Source of the DNA: a virus
Lineage: Duplodnaviria > Caudoviricetes
Reading direction: 5' to 3' (one strand)
DNA length: 64,000 nt
Virus record (IMG/VR): IMGVR_UViG_3300022876_000002
Below the pieces are notes generated by a model. It did not search any database and was not told the DNA's origin. It was given only the letters and a program-made list of their open reading frames with translations. This document shows positions 1 through 8,654 of the stretch, piece by piece. The first letter of the stretch is position 1; each line of letters begins with the position of its first letter. The position numbers were made by a program, and so were the translations under genes.

Positions 1-221
1 ATCACGGTTTGGTCACCAATGGTTTCCTCGATCCCGATGATGAGCAAATTATTGCCGTAGTTGTCACCACCCAGACCAGCATTAAAACTGAAGATACGTT
101 TGTCCAGACTCTTCGGTACCGAGTTACCACCCTTGAGCATGATCGTGGGTTTCAGGTTATGCTTGCGCACATACTCGGTGAGATCAGTGTGCAGTTTGAC
201 AACCGATTGGTAATCTTTCAT
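1..221 (-). CDS. Hypothetical protein, partial (runs off window start)
   Basis: Manual translation from ATG at 221 (AAGG upstream): MKDYQSVVKLHTDLTEYVRK...IEETIGDQTV, with no stop before position 1. Not in the ORF track. Confidence 0.75.
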   Translation of the reverse strand, partial: MKDYQSVVKLHTDLTEYVRKHNLKPTIMLKGGNSVPKSLDKRIFSFNAGLGGDNYGNNLLIIGIEETIGDQTV

Positions 222-230
222 AATACGACC

Positions 231-668
231 TTAATGTAGTGTTTTGTTAGCTGGGACAGCAGCTTCCTGGAGCTCGGTAGTAGTCCAGGTCTGGATTTGG
301 CCAGCCGGGATAGTGCCGCTCAGGTAAACCATCAGATTGATCAACAGGATTTTTACCCAGTCTTCTTCGATCCGCTCGTCAGTCAGGTTATCGACGTTGA
401 GACCGTTGGTTTCACGGTTACCATAAATAACCATAAACGGTACGTGGTCAGTGAACGTATTATCTTTCTCTTCACCGATAAAGATACCGCTGTCACCAGC
501 ACCAGCCATGTCGGTTACCAGGGTATAGTAGAAGAAACGACCTTCCAGTGGGGTCTTTACTTCCCCTGTGGATTTAACTGAGATATACAAGCCTTCGGCA
601 CCTTTTTCGGTACAGTGTTCGAAAAGCTTTTCCATCATTACACCCAAATCGGCTGCGTCGATACGCAT
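231..668 (-). CDS. Hypothetical protein (~145 aa)
   Basis: ORF track 231..683. ATG at 668 preceded by GGAGG is the likelier start. Confidence 0.8.
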   Translation of the reverse strand: MRIDAADLGVMMEKLFEHCTEKGAEGLYISVKSTGEVKTPLEGRFFYYTLVTDMAGAGDSGIFIGEEKDNTFTDHVPFMVIYGNRETNGLNVDNLTDERIEEDWVKILLINLMVYLSGTIPAGQIQTWTTTELQEAAVPANKTLH

Positions 669-703
669 AAGACCTCCAAACAAAATTGACTTGCTACACC
701 TTA

Positions 704-711
704 GTAATATA
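704..711 (-). promoter_or_regulatory. phiKZ-type early promoter core TATATTAC
   Basis: Minus strand reads ATC-TATATTAC-TAAGGTGTA in an AT-rich gap upstream of a gene. Matches the published phiKZ early promoter core. Confidence 0.7.
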
Positions 712-736
712 GATGTATTAATCGTTTAAAGTTACC

Positions 737-769
737 TACCCTACCTACCCTTTTGGGGTAGGTAGGGTA
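737..769. terminator. 14-bp inverted repeat, terminator-like
   Basis: taccctacctaccc / gggtaggtagggta directly downstream of the 779..1396 stop. Confidence 0.7.
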
Positions 770-778
770 TACCGGTAT

Positions 779-1396
779 TTAGTAAAGTGACACGTGGTCA
801 ACAGACTTGACAAAGGTAACTTCGAACGGGTTGTGTATACCAGGAATTGGTGTAAATACGGTCAGGTCTTGGGCGTAGTCTTTGGCAATTTTGGCCGCCG
901 CTACCTTCCAGGCTTCTTGACGGCTTACACTGTGACGGTGGGTATACCAGTCAATCCACTCGCGGTTGATCACCGCACCGGAATGGTTGTCATCGTGGTA
1001 GACTTTGGGTTCTTCTGGACCATCGTTCTCGATTTTCCAGAGAGCCTTAACCAGTTTGTCCACTACGGTAATAACCGGCAGGCGGTTACCTTCAGCGTCT
1101 TTGGTGGCTATAGCCAGTACACCAGGAGTAATACGTGGCGCTGCCATACGTTTAACTACTTCTTGACGGATGAGGGGTTCCACGTCCTTGTAGAAGAACC
1201 GATAAACGGTCGCGCCGTCGGTAACGATACCGATGTTCAGTTCACCGGTGGAGGCCTCAGGGAAACGTACCAACAGCCATTCAGTGAACTGCCGGTCGTT
1301 CATTTTCTGCAAGAGGTTGAGCGCCAGCTCTTGGGCCTGGCGCAGGTTGTCACCTTCCAATTCAACCAGGAAATTCTTGCTCACACGTGTAGCCAT
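779..1396 (-). CDS. Hypothetical protein (205 aa); C-terminus resembles the adjacent paralogue family
   Basis: ORF with AAGGAG upstream. C-terminal VINREWIDW...AAAKIAKDYA...FEVTFVK. Confidence 0.85.
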   Translation of the reverse strand: MATRVSKNFLVELEGDNLRQAQELALNLLQKMNDRQFTEWLLVRFPEASTGELNIGIVTDGATVYRFFYKDVEPLIRQEVVKRMAAPRITPGVLAIATKDAEGNRLPVITVVDKLVKALWKIENDGPEEPKVYHDDNHSGAVINREWIDWYTHRHSVSRQEAWKVAAAKIAKDYAQDLTVFTPIPGIHNPFEVTFVKSVDHVSLY

Positions 1397-1410
1397 TGTC
1401 TTACTCCTTG

Positions 1411-2304
1411 TTAGAGCGCTTCGGTAATGCGCACTTTAGTTACTTGATGCATGTTGAAGCCAAACGTACCTTTGTAGATGCACAAGCCGTCCACATGAAT
1501 GGTCGACGCATCCCAACCTTTGGCTTTAGCCAGGTCTTCGGCAATGCGATGTGTAGCAGCTGTGACCAGTCCCAGAATACTGGAAGAGGTCTTGTCACGT
1601 TGACGCACTAGCAACCAGACTAAATACGTAGGGTTAACGAAATACTCACCATCCACCTGCAACCCTTTAACCGGTGGCATGTCAACCAACCCTGACCCCC
1701 TGTACCAGGCACATAACACATCAGTAAACTGGTTCAGCAGCCCAATAATCAACTCGCCGGTAACTTCGTAAACGGGGCTATCTACTGACAGTTTAGCACC
1801 TTTATCCAAGTCACTCAGACTGAACACTACGTTACCGACCTGTTTAGAAAAGAAACTACATTGGAACTTTTCTTTGTCGATACGTACCAAGAAGTTACCT
1901 AGGTCATACTCAGTAAGGTTATCTACATGATGACTGTACACACCCAGGGCGATGTGGTACATGACAATCTCGTAAATATCGCCCTGGTACGACTTCATAC
2001 TGAACGTCGATCGTTTGGGTTGTGACAACCAATGCAGGAAGATAGAGTCCAGCGCACCGATTACCCAGTTGCGGTCACATTGGGTTCCCCATTGTTCATC
2101 CGGCCACATCAACTGACCAGATGCACCAACACTAACTGCCTTGATTCCATTTACCCAGAAAGAATATTCGTTGAGTGCACTGTAGTGGTACTCGGACAGT
2201 TTAAGACAAACACTACCGTCTTGGCTGTAGATACCGCCATCTTGGGCATACACACCCATTTTGCCAAGTACCGAGAACTTTTCAGCTAAAGCTTTATCAG
2301 ACAT
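1411..2304 (-). CDS. Hypothetical protein (297 aa), tandem paralogue family
   Basis: ORF with AAGGAG RBS. Shares SGLVDMPP...FVNPTYLVW with its neighbours. Confidence 0.85.
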   Translation of the reverse strand: MSDKALAEKFSVLGKMGVYAQDGGIYSQDGSVCLKLSEYHYSALNEYSFWVNGIKAVSVGASGQLMWPDEQWGTQCDRNWVIGALDSIFLHWLSQPKRSTFSMKSYQGDIYEIVMYHIALGVYSHHVDNLTEYDLGNFLVRIDKEKFQCSFFSKQVGNVVFSLSDLDKGAKLSVDSPVYEVTGELIIGLLNQFTDVLCAWYRGSGLVDMPPVKGLQVDGEYFVNPTYLVWLLVRQRDKTSSSILGLVTAATHRIAEDLAKAKGWDASTIHVDGLCIYKGTFGFNMHQVTKVRITEAL

Positions 2305-2313
2305 GGCTGCTCC

Positions 2314-3288
2314 TTAATAGCAGATAACTTCTTCCTTAATCTCGACAATTTCGAACTGTCGCGACTCCAAGTTCTTGATACGAGCTTCGTACCGACTACC
2401 CTCTGGAGCAGGACGCCGCTTCTCCAACTGATGTAAAGCGCGTTTGACACCATCTACAGTCAGCTGCTCCAACGTACTAGGTCGGCCTTTGGCGTCGTTC
2501 AGCTCACTCCACATAATCCAGGCTGGGGTAACAAACCGCTGATTACCAGCTACCATGTAAGTAACTGGTGGCTCTTTATCCAAACGGCCAGAGTCATGCC
2601 AATGCTCACGTACATGGTTATAGAAACTAGACATGACACAAGTCATGATCCTGGTGTCTATTTTGTTAGAGTACTGTGTACTGACGTGTTTAATACCATC
2701 GGACACCACGCAGTAATCAAACAAGTGCTCATCCAGGTGTTCGCCTGGCAGGCGCAGGTACACAGAGAACATTCCGTTCTTCTGATCTACCTTGATGAAG
2801 AAGAAACCCAAGTCCCAATCTACCTGAGTCAGGAAGTTGCTGAAAATACCAACCCCTTGCAACCATCTGCCTAGCTCGTGCATATCGCCGTGCGTGTGCT
2901 CGATGCGGAAACCTTTACCGCCCTCACGCACAACCATGTTGCGCCACTCACCGCCAGTTTTGTCAGTGCGTAACCAATCGAGGAAAAACTCTTGCAAGAT
3001 GCTGGAGAGCTTATCGATACCGTACAGTTCTTCTGCTGCTGGAGTAGGCCAGTTAAAGAAGTCAGTGGCCTTAGACCAGCAAGCCAGTTGCATCCCATTA
3101 ACAGTCAGTGCAAACCTGACACCGTAAGCATCCACCCGGTCATTCCAGGAGAGTATAGTAGTCTGGTCCTTGCTCACCAACTGTTGCTTGAAATGGAATA
3201 AACCGTAACGTACGTAACTAGCCATTTGCATGAAAAAGTCGTGACGTTTCTTGTCACGACGGTCTAGCGCATCCCTTACTTTACCCAT
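2314..3288 (-). CDS. Hypothetical protein (~324 aa), tandem paralogue family
   Basis: ORF track 2314..3297. ATG at 3288 lies 8 nt after AAGGAG. Motifs SGRLDKEPP, FVTPAWIMW, FEIVEIKEEV. Confidence 0.85.
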   Translation of the reverse strand: MGKVRDALDRRDKKRHDFFMQMASYVRYGLFHFKQQLVSKDQTTILSWNDRVDAYGVRFALTVNGMQLACWSKATDFFNWPTPAAEELYGIDKLSSILQEFFLDWLRTDKTGGEWRNMVVREGGKGFRIEHTHGDMHELGRWLQGVGIFSNFLTQVDWDLGFFFIKVDQKNGMFSVYLRLPGEHLDEHLFDYCVVSDGIKHVSTQYSNKIDTRIMTCVMSSFYNHVREHWHDSGRLDKEPPVTYMVAGNQRFVTPAWIMWSELNDAKGRPSTLEQLTVDGVKRALHQLEKRRPAPEGSRYEARIKNLESRQFEIVEIKEEVICY

Positions 3289-3300
3289 GCCCGGCACTCC

Positions 3301-4242
3301 TTAGTAAACTACGGTTTCCTTGATCTCGATGATCTGGAACGATAACGCGTACATATCTAGGAAACGTACACGGTAGATGTTACTTGGCAAGTTGGACTCT
3401 TCTGCCAAATTACCAGCAATTGTAGCTACTGCTTTCTTGAAAGCAGTGGTACCAGACCAGTGGGCTTCAATATGACTGGGGTCACCACCGAAGATCTGCC
3501 ACGCCAGCCACAGGGAATTAATGGCACGGACGCCGGTGAAATCAGTAACCCATTCCCACTGTTGTGGTTCTTTGGCAATCAACCCGCTAGTTAGCAGGAA
3601 GTCGCGGTAGTGTTTGGTAAGGCGGACAAAGATTCCCAATACCACGGCAGGTGTAAGCGAAGCATCCAGCATGCGGAAGTCAAAGATGTCTTCCGGGCGT
3701 TCTGAATTCAGAGTAACCTGGATTACTTCTTTTGCGAGGTTGGTATTGACAACGCTGATTGCTACACCATCACCATCTTTCAAAGACACTTCAAACACAT
3801 CAAAACGCCACGTACGTTTGAGGTGAGTCAAGAAACCAGTCTGTAACAGCGTGCTAAGTACCTCTGGCACGCGATTGGTGAAATCCTTACCAACCATCTT
3901 GGTGGTGATAGACGAATAGATTTCTTGTAGTTCTTCTTTGTCCGAGTTGATGTACCGAACGCAGATAGCACGCAAAATTCCATCCAACTCCTTGATGGGA
4001 TAAACCGCCTTGATCTCTTCGCGACCAAAGTAGTTAAAGGAGTGGTCCATACCAGAGTAGTAACCAATGTTCAGGTTCTCTACGAACAACCCAATGTTAG
4101 GCTGTGTCCTGGAACCAAAGCTGTCAGGACTTACCTGGATATAAGTACCTTCCTGACCGCTATCAAACTTACTGCCTGGGTCGAACTCCGCACCATAAGT
4201 GCGCATTTTCGAGACCTGCTTGGCAAAAAAATTATTATCCAT
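3301..4242 (-). CDS. Hypothetical protein (313 aa), tandem paralogue family
   Basis: ORF. Motifs SGLIAKEP, INSLWLAW, FQIIEIKETV. Confidence 0.85.
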   Translation of the reverse strand: MDNNFFAKQVSKMRTYGAEFDPGSKFDSGQEGTYIQVSPDSFGSRTQPNIGLFVENLNIGYYSGMDHSFNYFGREEIKAVYPIKELDGILRAICVRYINSDKEELQEIYSSITTKMVGKDFTNRVPEVLSTLLQTGFLTHLKRTWRFDVFEVSLKDGDGVAISVVNTNLAKEVIQVTLNSERPEDIFDFRMLDASLTPAVVLGIFVRLTKHYRDFLLTSGLIAKEPQQWEWVTDFTGVRAINSLWLAWQIFGGDPSHIEAHWSGTTAFKKAVATIAGNLAEESNLPSNIYRVRFLDMYALSFQIIEIKETVVY

Positions 4243-4558
4243 GGAAACGTGATTCCTTTTTGGTACGTTCCCTAAGGATCAGTTGCTTACCGCCCTTAGG
4301 GTGTTGTGTTTCAGAGATTACTTCAAAACCAAAATGTGATACCAAGATAGCCCGGGAGTCTGCTACAGGTTGGATAGTCACACAACCGGTGTCCCGCCTT
4401 TTAAGCTTCTTCATCTCTCCCAGAACAGGCAAGTGATAAACAGCGTAAGTGTACTCGTCAATAAGCTCCTCAAAGAGCTCGCGAGCCTTCTGCTCGTCAA
4501 GCCCTTCGAAGAGTTTAGTGAAACGAGCCGTAAGTATGGACTCGTCTTTTTCTGACAT
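4235..4558 (-). CDS. Hypothetical protein (107 aa)
   Basis: ORF tightly packed with neighbours. AAGGAG upstream. Confidence 0.75.
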   Translation of the reverse strand: MSEKDESILTARFTKLFEGLDEQKARELFEELIDEYTYAVYHLPVLGEMKKLKRRDTGCVTIQPVADSRAILVSHFGFEVISETQHPKGGKQLILRERTKKESRFHG

Positions 4559-4560
4559 TG

Positions 4561-4917
4561 TTACTCCTTGATTACCGGCACCAGCGGGATCGGACTGTAG
4601 AAGTCCTTGGTAGGTTTGTAATCTTTAACGAAAGCAGCACACTCAGCCAGCAGGTTAGCATCACTGCCATCAATCATGTCGGCGGTATGCTTAGCCTCGT
4701 TGATGAAGTCACGCATCGACTTGCTAAGGTGCTCCAGAGCTACTTCCATGGTGAGCTCGTGCTGGGCCATGTACTCGGCCAGCCATACCTTGTTTACTTC
4801 CGGGGTTTCTACGTTCGTGAACATCCATGGACGACGAAAAGACATCGATGAGTTAGGCATCGAATATTTCCTCTCTGACAAAGGTGAAGTTGTTTTGGGT
4901 GATTCCTTGCAAGACAA
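4561..4917 (-). CDS. Hypothetical protein (true start may be ATG at 4860)
   Basis: ORF in operon-like packing. Confidence 0.7.
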   Translation of the reverse strand: MSCKESPKTTSPLSERKYSMPNSSMSFRRPWMFTNVETPEVNKVWLAEYMAQHELTMEVALEHLSKSMRDFINEAKHTADMIDGSDANLLAECAAFVKDYKPTKDFYSPIPLVPVIKE

Positions 4918-5524
4918 CGTCCATGGTACCGTAAACGCGCGGTCGGTCTCCCCTGATTTTGACTGGGTTGAGTGGATTGAGTTTAGCGGTGAACCCAGCT
5001 ACTACGCTTACAAGTGGAACCGAGCTAGGACCTTCGTGTATACGCAATGTGTGCTGACTACCACCAAATTCAGCAGAAACCATTACGTGTCCTATATCAA
5101 TAGCCACTCGGTATTTAAGCCCCTTGTTGTGGGGGTCGGTCCTGCTGCGGATAGCCTCCACAATAGCCCTGGCTGGCTCTACAATTTTGGTTACTTGATC
5201 AACCAGTTCTTGCATAGCCTTATTTACTTCGGCCGGGTAGGCGTGCCCGAGGAGACCGATAAAGTTGTTATCAGGCTCACGTTTAAATGCCATCATATCT
5301 TTGACGGCTGGTTTAAATACACCTGGACTGAACAGACCAGTGGTAAGCTGCTGGAGCCGGCCATAGTCACGGGTCTTGCCGTCTTCTGTACTTACCCGCT
5401 CGATAGTCAACAAGAACCCTGTGGTAGCAAAAATCTTGTTGCTACTCACCTCACCTACTGGGGTCTTCTCCAGCAGAGTGGCGAAATGTTGCTTTGCTTC
5501 ATCAAAACCATTACTATTATTCAT
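4853..5524 (-). CDS. Hypothetical protein (223 aa)
   Basis: ORF in operon-like packing. Confidence 0.8.
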   Translation of the reverse strand: MNNSNGFDEAKQHFATLLEKTPVGEVSSNKIFATTGFLLTIERVSTEDGKTRDYGRLQQLTTGLFSPGVFKPAVKDMMAFKREPDNNFIGLLGHAYPAEVNKAMQELVDQVTKIVEPARAIVEAIRSRTDPHNKGLKYRVAIDIGHVMVSAEFGGSQHTLRIHEGPSSVPLVSVVAGFTAKLNPLNPVKIRGDRPRVYGTMDVVLQGITQNNFTFVREEIFDA

Positions 5525-5526
5525 TA

Positions 5527-6198
5527 CTATTCACTCTTTAGGGAGTCCATAAACTCCCGTAGGTTATTGGGTTCAGTAGGATCTTTGTCGATACTGGAGA
5601 AATACTCGATCATACTGATATCAAACAAGCTCATTGCCCGGCGACGTTTCCGATACTCGATTTCGGCATCGGTAGGGTCGACATTGTGTACGGTTTGGTA
5701 ACGCTTGATCCAAGCTTTCCTGCTATTAAGGTCAGGATGCACTAACTCGCCTTCAAAATAGCGATCCATTTGATCTACTACTACTTGCGTAGCTTGGAGC
5801 TCTGACATACCTCGTTCTTCCATGACCCGGTCAATACGCTCGAACAACAAATCGAGATGGTTAGGTAGCCTGAACGGTTTACGGTTAGGCCAACCAGCGA
5901 TACAGATTTTCAGGTTGGTCAGTGCTTGATCGTAGTCAAAACAACGTGGCGGTTCGAGCAAGCGCACGCGGTCAGCTGCAATAGACGCATGCACCCAACC
6001 ACGTAATTGCTGGATACGGACTTCATAACCGAGGCCTGGCATGTAGCCGATTTCCACAGCGATGTTATCAACTACAACTTTGGTACGACGCCAAGCACCG
6101 TTTGTGTCTTCTTCTTTAGCCAGATCAATCAGATCTAAACACAGACCCTTAACTACGTTAGCCTGTTCTACATTCAAAGCTTTTGTATCTTTCAACAT
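5527..6198 (-). CDS. Hypothetical protein (223 aa)
   Basis: ORF. C-terminal WIKRYQTVHNVDPTDA resembles WIDWYTHRHSVSRQEA of 779..1396. Confidence 0.8.
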   Translation of the reverse strand: MLKDTKALNVEQANVVKGLCLDLIDLAKEEDTNGAWRRTKVVVDNIAVEIGYMPGLGYEVRIQQLRGWVHASIAADRVRLLEPPRCFDYDQALTNLKICIAGWPNRKPFRLPNHLDLLFERIDRVMEERGMSELQATQVVVDQMDRYFEGELVHPDLNSRKAWIKRYQTVHNVDPTDAEIEYRKRRRAMSLFDISMIEYFSSIDKDPTEPNNLREFMDSLKSE

Positions 6199-6200
6199 GT

Positions 6201-6422
6201 TCAGTCCTTAGCTACACTGCAAGTAACAGTGAGTTTAGTGGTACTGTTCGCGGCCTTCATGCTGGAATTACTCCAGCTCTTTATATAAGAGTTAAGACCG
6301 TAACTTTTTACTATCTGTTCCATGAGTGGTTTACACTCAGTCCCGTACACGATATTCGACTGAGGTGGACTACCCACCATGGTCAGTACCGCAATAGCAA
6401 TAGCTTTCATGTGCACCACCAT
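6201..6422 (-). CDS. Small protein with hydrophobic N-terminus (possibly exported)
   Basis: MKAIAIAVLTMVG hydrophobic leader (alternative start 6410) and two Cys. Confidence 0.6.
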   Translation of the reverse strand: MVVHMKAIAIAVLTMVGSPPQSNIVYGTECKPLMEQIVKSYGLNSYIKSWSNSSMKAANSTTKLTVTCSVAKD

Positions 6423-6427
6423 AATGC

Positions 6428-6476
6428 AAAAAGAAAAAGGTAACTACCTACTAGAGCCTGAGCCCTAGTAGGTAGT
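6428..6476 (-). terminator. Intrinsic terminator
   Basis: 12-bp stem 6443..6476 (actacctactag/ctagtaggtagt) followed on the minus strand by TACCTTTTTCTTTTT. Confidence 0.8.
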
Positions 6477-6485
6477 AGTTGAGGT

Positions 6486-7844
6486 TTAGCCAGCCATCAG
6501 CGCAGCCAGGCCAGTGAGCATGCCACCGGACTCGTGCACTGGTTCGGTACGCTGGGTGATGACCTGAGCGGGGATGGTCGCTACCACAGTGGAGTCGGAT
6601 TGCTCTACCATGGTTTCGTCATCGTCGCTCAGTGCACGGCCGATGTTTCGGCCGATACGTGCACCACCAACGCCCATGATGCCGCCGAGTGCACCAGCAG
6701 CGAAGTCGCGCAGGTGTGGGTTCTCGATGGAGTCTTCCAGCAGGCCACCGGCGTAGAACGCACCGCCAGTTGCAATGGCAGCACCAGCGATAGCCGATAC
6801 GTCGAAGCCGTTCATGGCCATGTCGACAGTACCGCCGATCACAGCGCCAGCGGCTGCAGTCCAGCGTGGGTTGACACCGTTGGAGTTCTCACGCACGAAA
6901 GCGTAAGTGTCGTCGCCGGTCTCCACCGACTCGGCCTCGGTGTAGGCGAAGTTGGCGAACTCGATCGACACCCGCAGGTTTTCTTCCGACAACAGGAGGA
7001 ACATCGCCATGATGTGGTCTGGTTTGTCCAGGACCTTGCTGGCGCGCTTGTTGAACTTCTTGAAGGCCTTGGCGCGGTCTTCATCGCCATTGACCCAGGA
7101 CTCGAACACGGTGGCGCGCTTGTCAGCATCTTTCATGCCCGGCAGTTCCTTGATCGCGTTGACCATGAACTTGATTGTCGGGCGCATGAAAGCGTAGATG
7201 ACGTTGATGCCGAACTGGTCGATCGAGTCCATGGCGAAAGCCAGCTTGACGTGACGGTCAGCTTTCTTGACCTTGCCCTTGGCGTGGGCGTCGACGAAGG
7301 CCTTGGCGAAACGCTTGGATTCGGCTTTGGCCAGGTCGGCTTCTTCGGTTGCCACTTCGACGCGCTTGTCTTTCTTGGCCTTGTCTTTCTTGCCAGGCTT
7401 TTCAGCGCGCTGGGTCATGGTGTTACCTTGCTCGGTGATCTGAGCGTTGGCGTTGGATTCTTGGGCTTGGGACTGTTGGGCGTTGGTTTGCATTTCGGTG
7501 GTTCCTTGCTGGGCGGTGTCGGCGGTGTGGGTGTGGGAGATCAGTGCGGAGTCAGCTGGGATTTCGGTAGACCCGATTACTTTATCCGTACGGACCAGAA
7601 CTGCTTTCTCTGGCAGTTCGAATGGGAGGGTTTTCAGAATGACCGGATTACCCTTCTTGATACCAGTGAGCGAGTACTTGGTGTCGAGCTTGTTGTTGAT
7701 CAAGACCAGCAACTCGTGGCGGTCTTGTTTGGCAACGTAATGCTCATCCATGATGTACTCTTTCAGGATGGCCGGAATTGCGTTGTTGACACTGTGCTGG
7801 ATAGCGAGTTCAACAGCAGCAATGATAGTTTCGAACTGATGCAT
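6486..7844 (-). CDS. 452-aa protein with Gln/Lys-rich linker and C-terminal glycine-zipper (membrane-associated), probably highly expressed
   Basis: AGGAG RBS. C-terminal AAAGAVIGG...AIAGAAIATGG...AAGALGGIMGVGG. No TTA/CTA/TCA codons over most of the gene, since the in-register antisense frame 6534..7865 is open. Confidence 0.85.
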   Translation of the reverse strand: MHQFETIIAAVELAIQHSVNNAIPAILKEYIMDEHYVAKQDRHELLVLINNKLDTKYSLTGIKKGNPVILKTLPFELPEKAVLVRTDKVIGSTEIPADSALISHTHTADTAQQGTTEMQTNAQQSQAQESNANAQITEQGNTMTQRAEKPGKKDKAKKDKRVEVATEEADLAKAESKRFAKAFVDAHAKGKVKKADRHVKLAFAMDSIDQFGINVIYAFMRPTIKFMVNAIKELPGMKDADKRATVFESWVNGDEDRAKAFKKFNKRASKVLDKPDHIMAMFLLLSEENLRVSIEFANFAYTEAESVETGDDTYAFVRENSNGVNPRWTAAAGAVIGGTVDMAMNGFDVSAIAGAAIATGGAFYAGGLLEDSIENPHLRDFAAGALGGIMGVGGARIGRNIGRALSDDDETMVEQSDSTVVATIPAQVITQRTEPVHESGGMLTGLAALMAG

Positions 7845-7897
7845 AACAAACTCCTAGACTATTAAAGAGTACAAAACTCTTGTTCCTATACACCCAA

Positions 7898-7905
7898 GTA
7901 ATACA
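7898..7905 (-). promoter_or_regulatory. Early-type promoter variant TGTATTAC
   Basis: Minus strand ACC-TGTATTAC-TTGGGTGTA in the gap upstream of 7844. Same downstream GGTGTA as the 704 site. Confidence 0.6.
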
Positions 7906-7948
7906 GGTTTATAATAGCCTAGAAGTTAAATTAACCGCCCATAAGTAA

Positions 7949-8389
7949 TTACTTATCTTTCTTAATACCGAACGACATATCCCCGAAATACAGCTCACGC
8001 CCCATCCAGGTAGCAAACACTTGGTCTAATGCCAAGTGGTCGTGTGGGGACAGTTTGTAGCCCAGCGACATATGGAACATGGGGGTACCATATGAATGCT
8101 CGTAACCTGCTTCTTTGAGCAGGCGGAATTCTTCGAGCATTTGTGGGGACGTAAGGTGGAATACGTAAGCATCCCCCAGCACACCCATACTGATGATCTT
8201 AGCTGTAAACTCTTTGCTGCTGTCCAGCAAACAGAAAGGTTCAGCCAATTCACGTTCGTCGTACATCATGGTAACGTGCAGATCGTGTTTGTCACTAGGA
8301 GCACAACCAGCCTCCATGATCGCAGCGAACACGTCTTCTACCAGGTTGTCTCGCAGTGCTACGTTGATATAGCTAAAATCCAATTCCAT
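7949..8389 (-). CDS. acb1: 2H phosphoesterase, Acb1 / T4 gp57B-like (anti-CBASS cyclic oligonucleotide phosphodiesterase candidate)
   Basis: 146 aa with two HxT/S motifs (LHVTMMY, FHMSLGY). The segment LTSPQMLEEFRLLKEAGYEHSY parallels the recalled Acb1 layout. Confidence 0.75.
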   Translation of the reverse strand: MELDFSYINVALRDNLVEDVFAAIMEAGCAPSDKHDLHVTMMYDERELAEPFCLLDSSKEFTAKIISMGVLGDAYVFHLTSPQMLEEFRLLKEAGYEHSYGTPMFHMSLGYKLSPHDHLALDQVFATWMGRELYFGDMSFGIKKDK

Positions 8390-8394
8390 TTCCT

Positions 8395-8592
8395 TTACTC
8401 CTTGGCCTTGCTACGGACACTTATCTGTGTAATACAGGAGCCCTTTTTAATCTTTTTTACAAGACGCTCACATGCAGCGACTCTTAACGTACGACTGCAT
8501 TGCTCCTTGTTAGGAATCTCTTGATGGTAGTAGGAATGCTTTATGTAATCAGCACCACCATTCTCACCAATTTTAGCTAGTGGAAGATCCAT
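8395..8592 (-). CDS. Small hypothetical protein (~65 aa)
   Basis: ORF track 8395..8604. ATG at 8592 follows GGAG. Confidence 0.6.
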   Translation of the reverse strand: MDLPLAKIGENGGADYIKHSYYHQEIPNKEQCSRTLRVAACERLVKKIKKGSCITQISVRSKAKE

Positions 8593-8602
8593 ACACAACT
8601 CC

Positions 8603-8647
8603 AAAAAATAAAGTAAGGTACGGCTCTTACCCCTAGGGGTAAGAGCC
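8603..8647 (-). terminator. Perfect 26-bp palindrome plus U-rich tail
   Basis: ggctcttacccctaggggtaagagcc (8622..8647), then CCTTACTTTATTTTTT on the minus strand. Confidence 0.7.
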
Positions 8648-8654
8648 TATACGA

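Noticed and set aside
4676-5701. 341-aa plus-strand ORF crossing three minus-strand genes
   Set aside because: 224 of its codons are in register with 4853..5524; no RBS, no recognisable motif, and it lies against the polarity of the whole operon.
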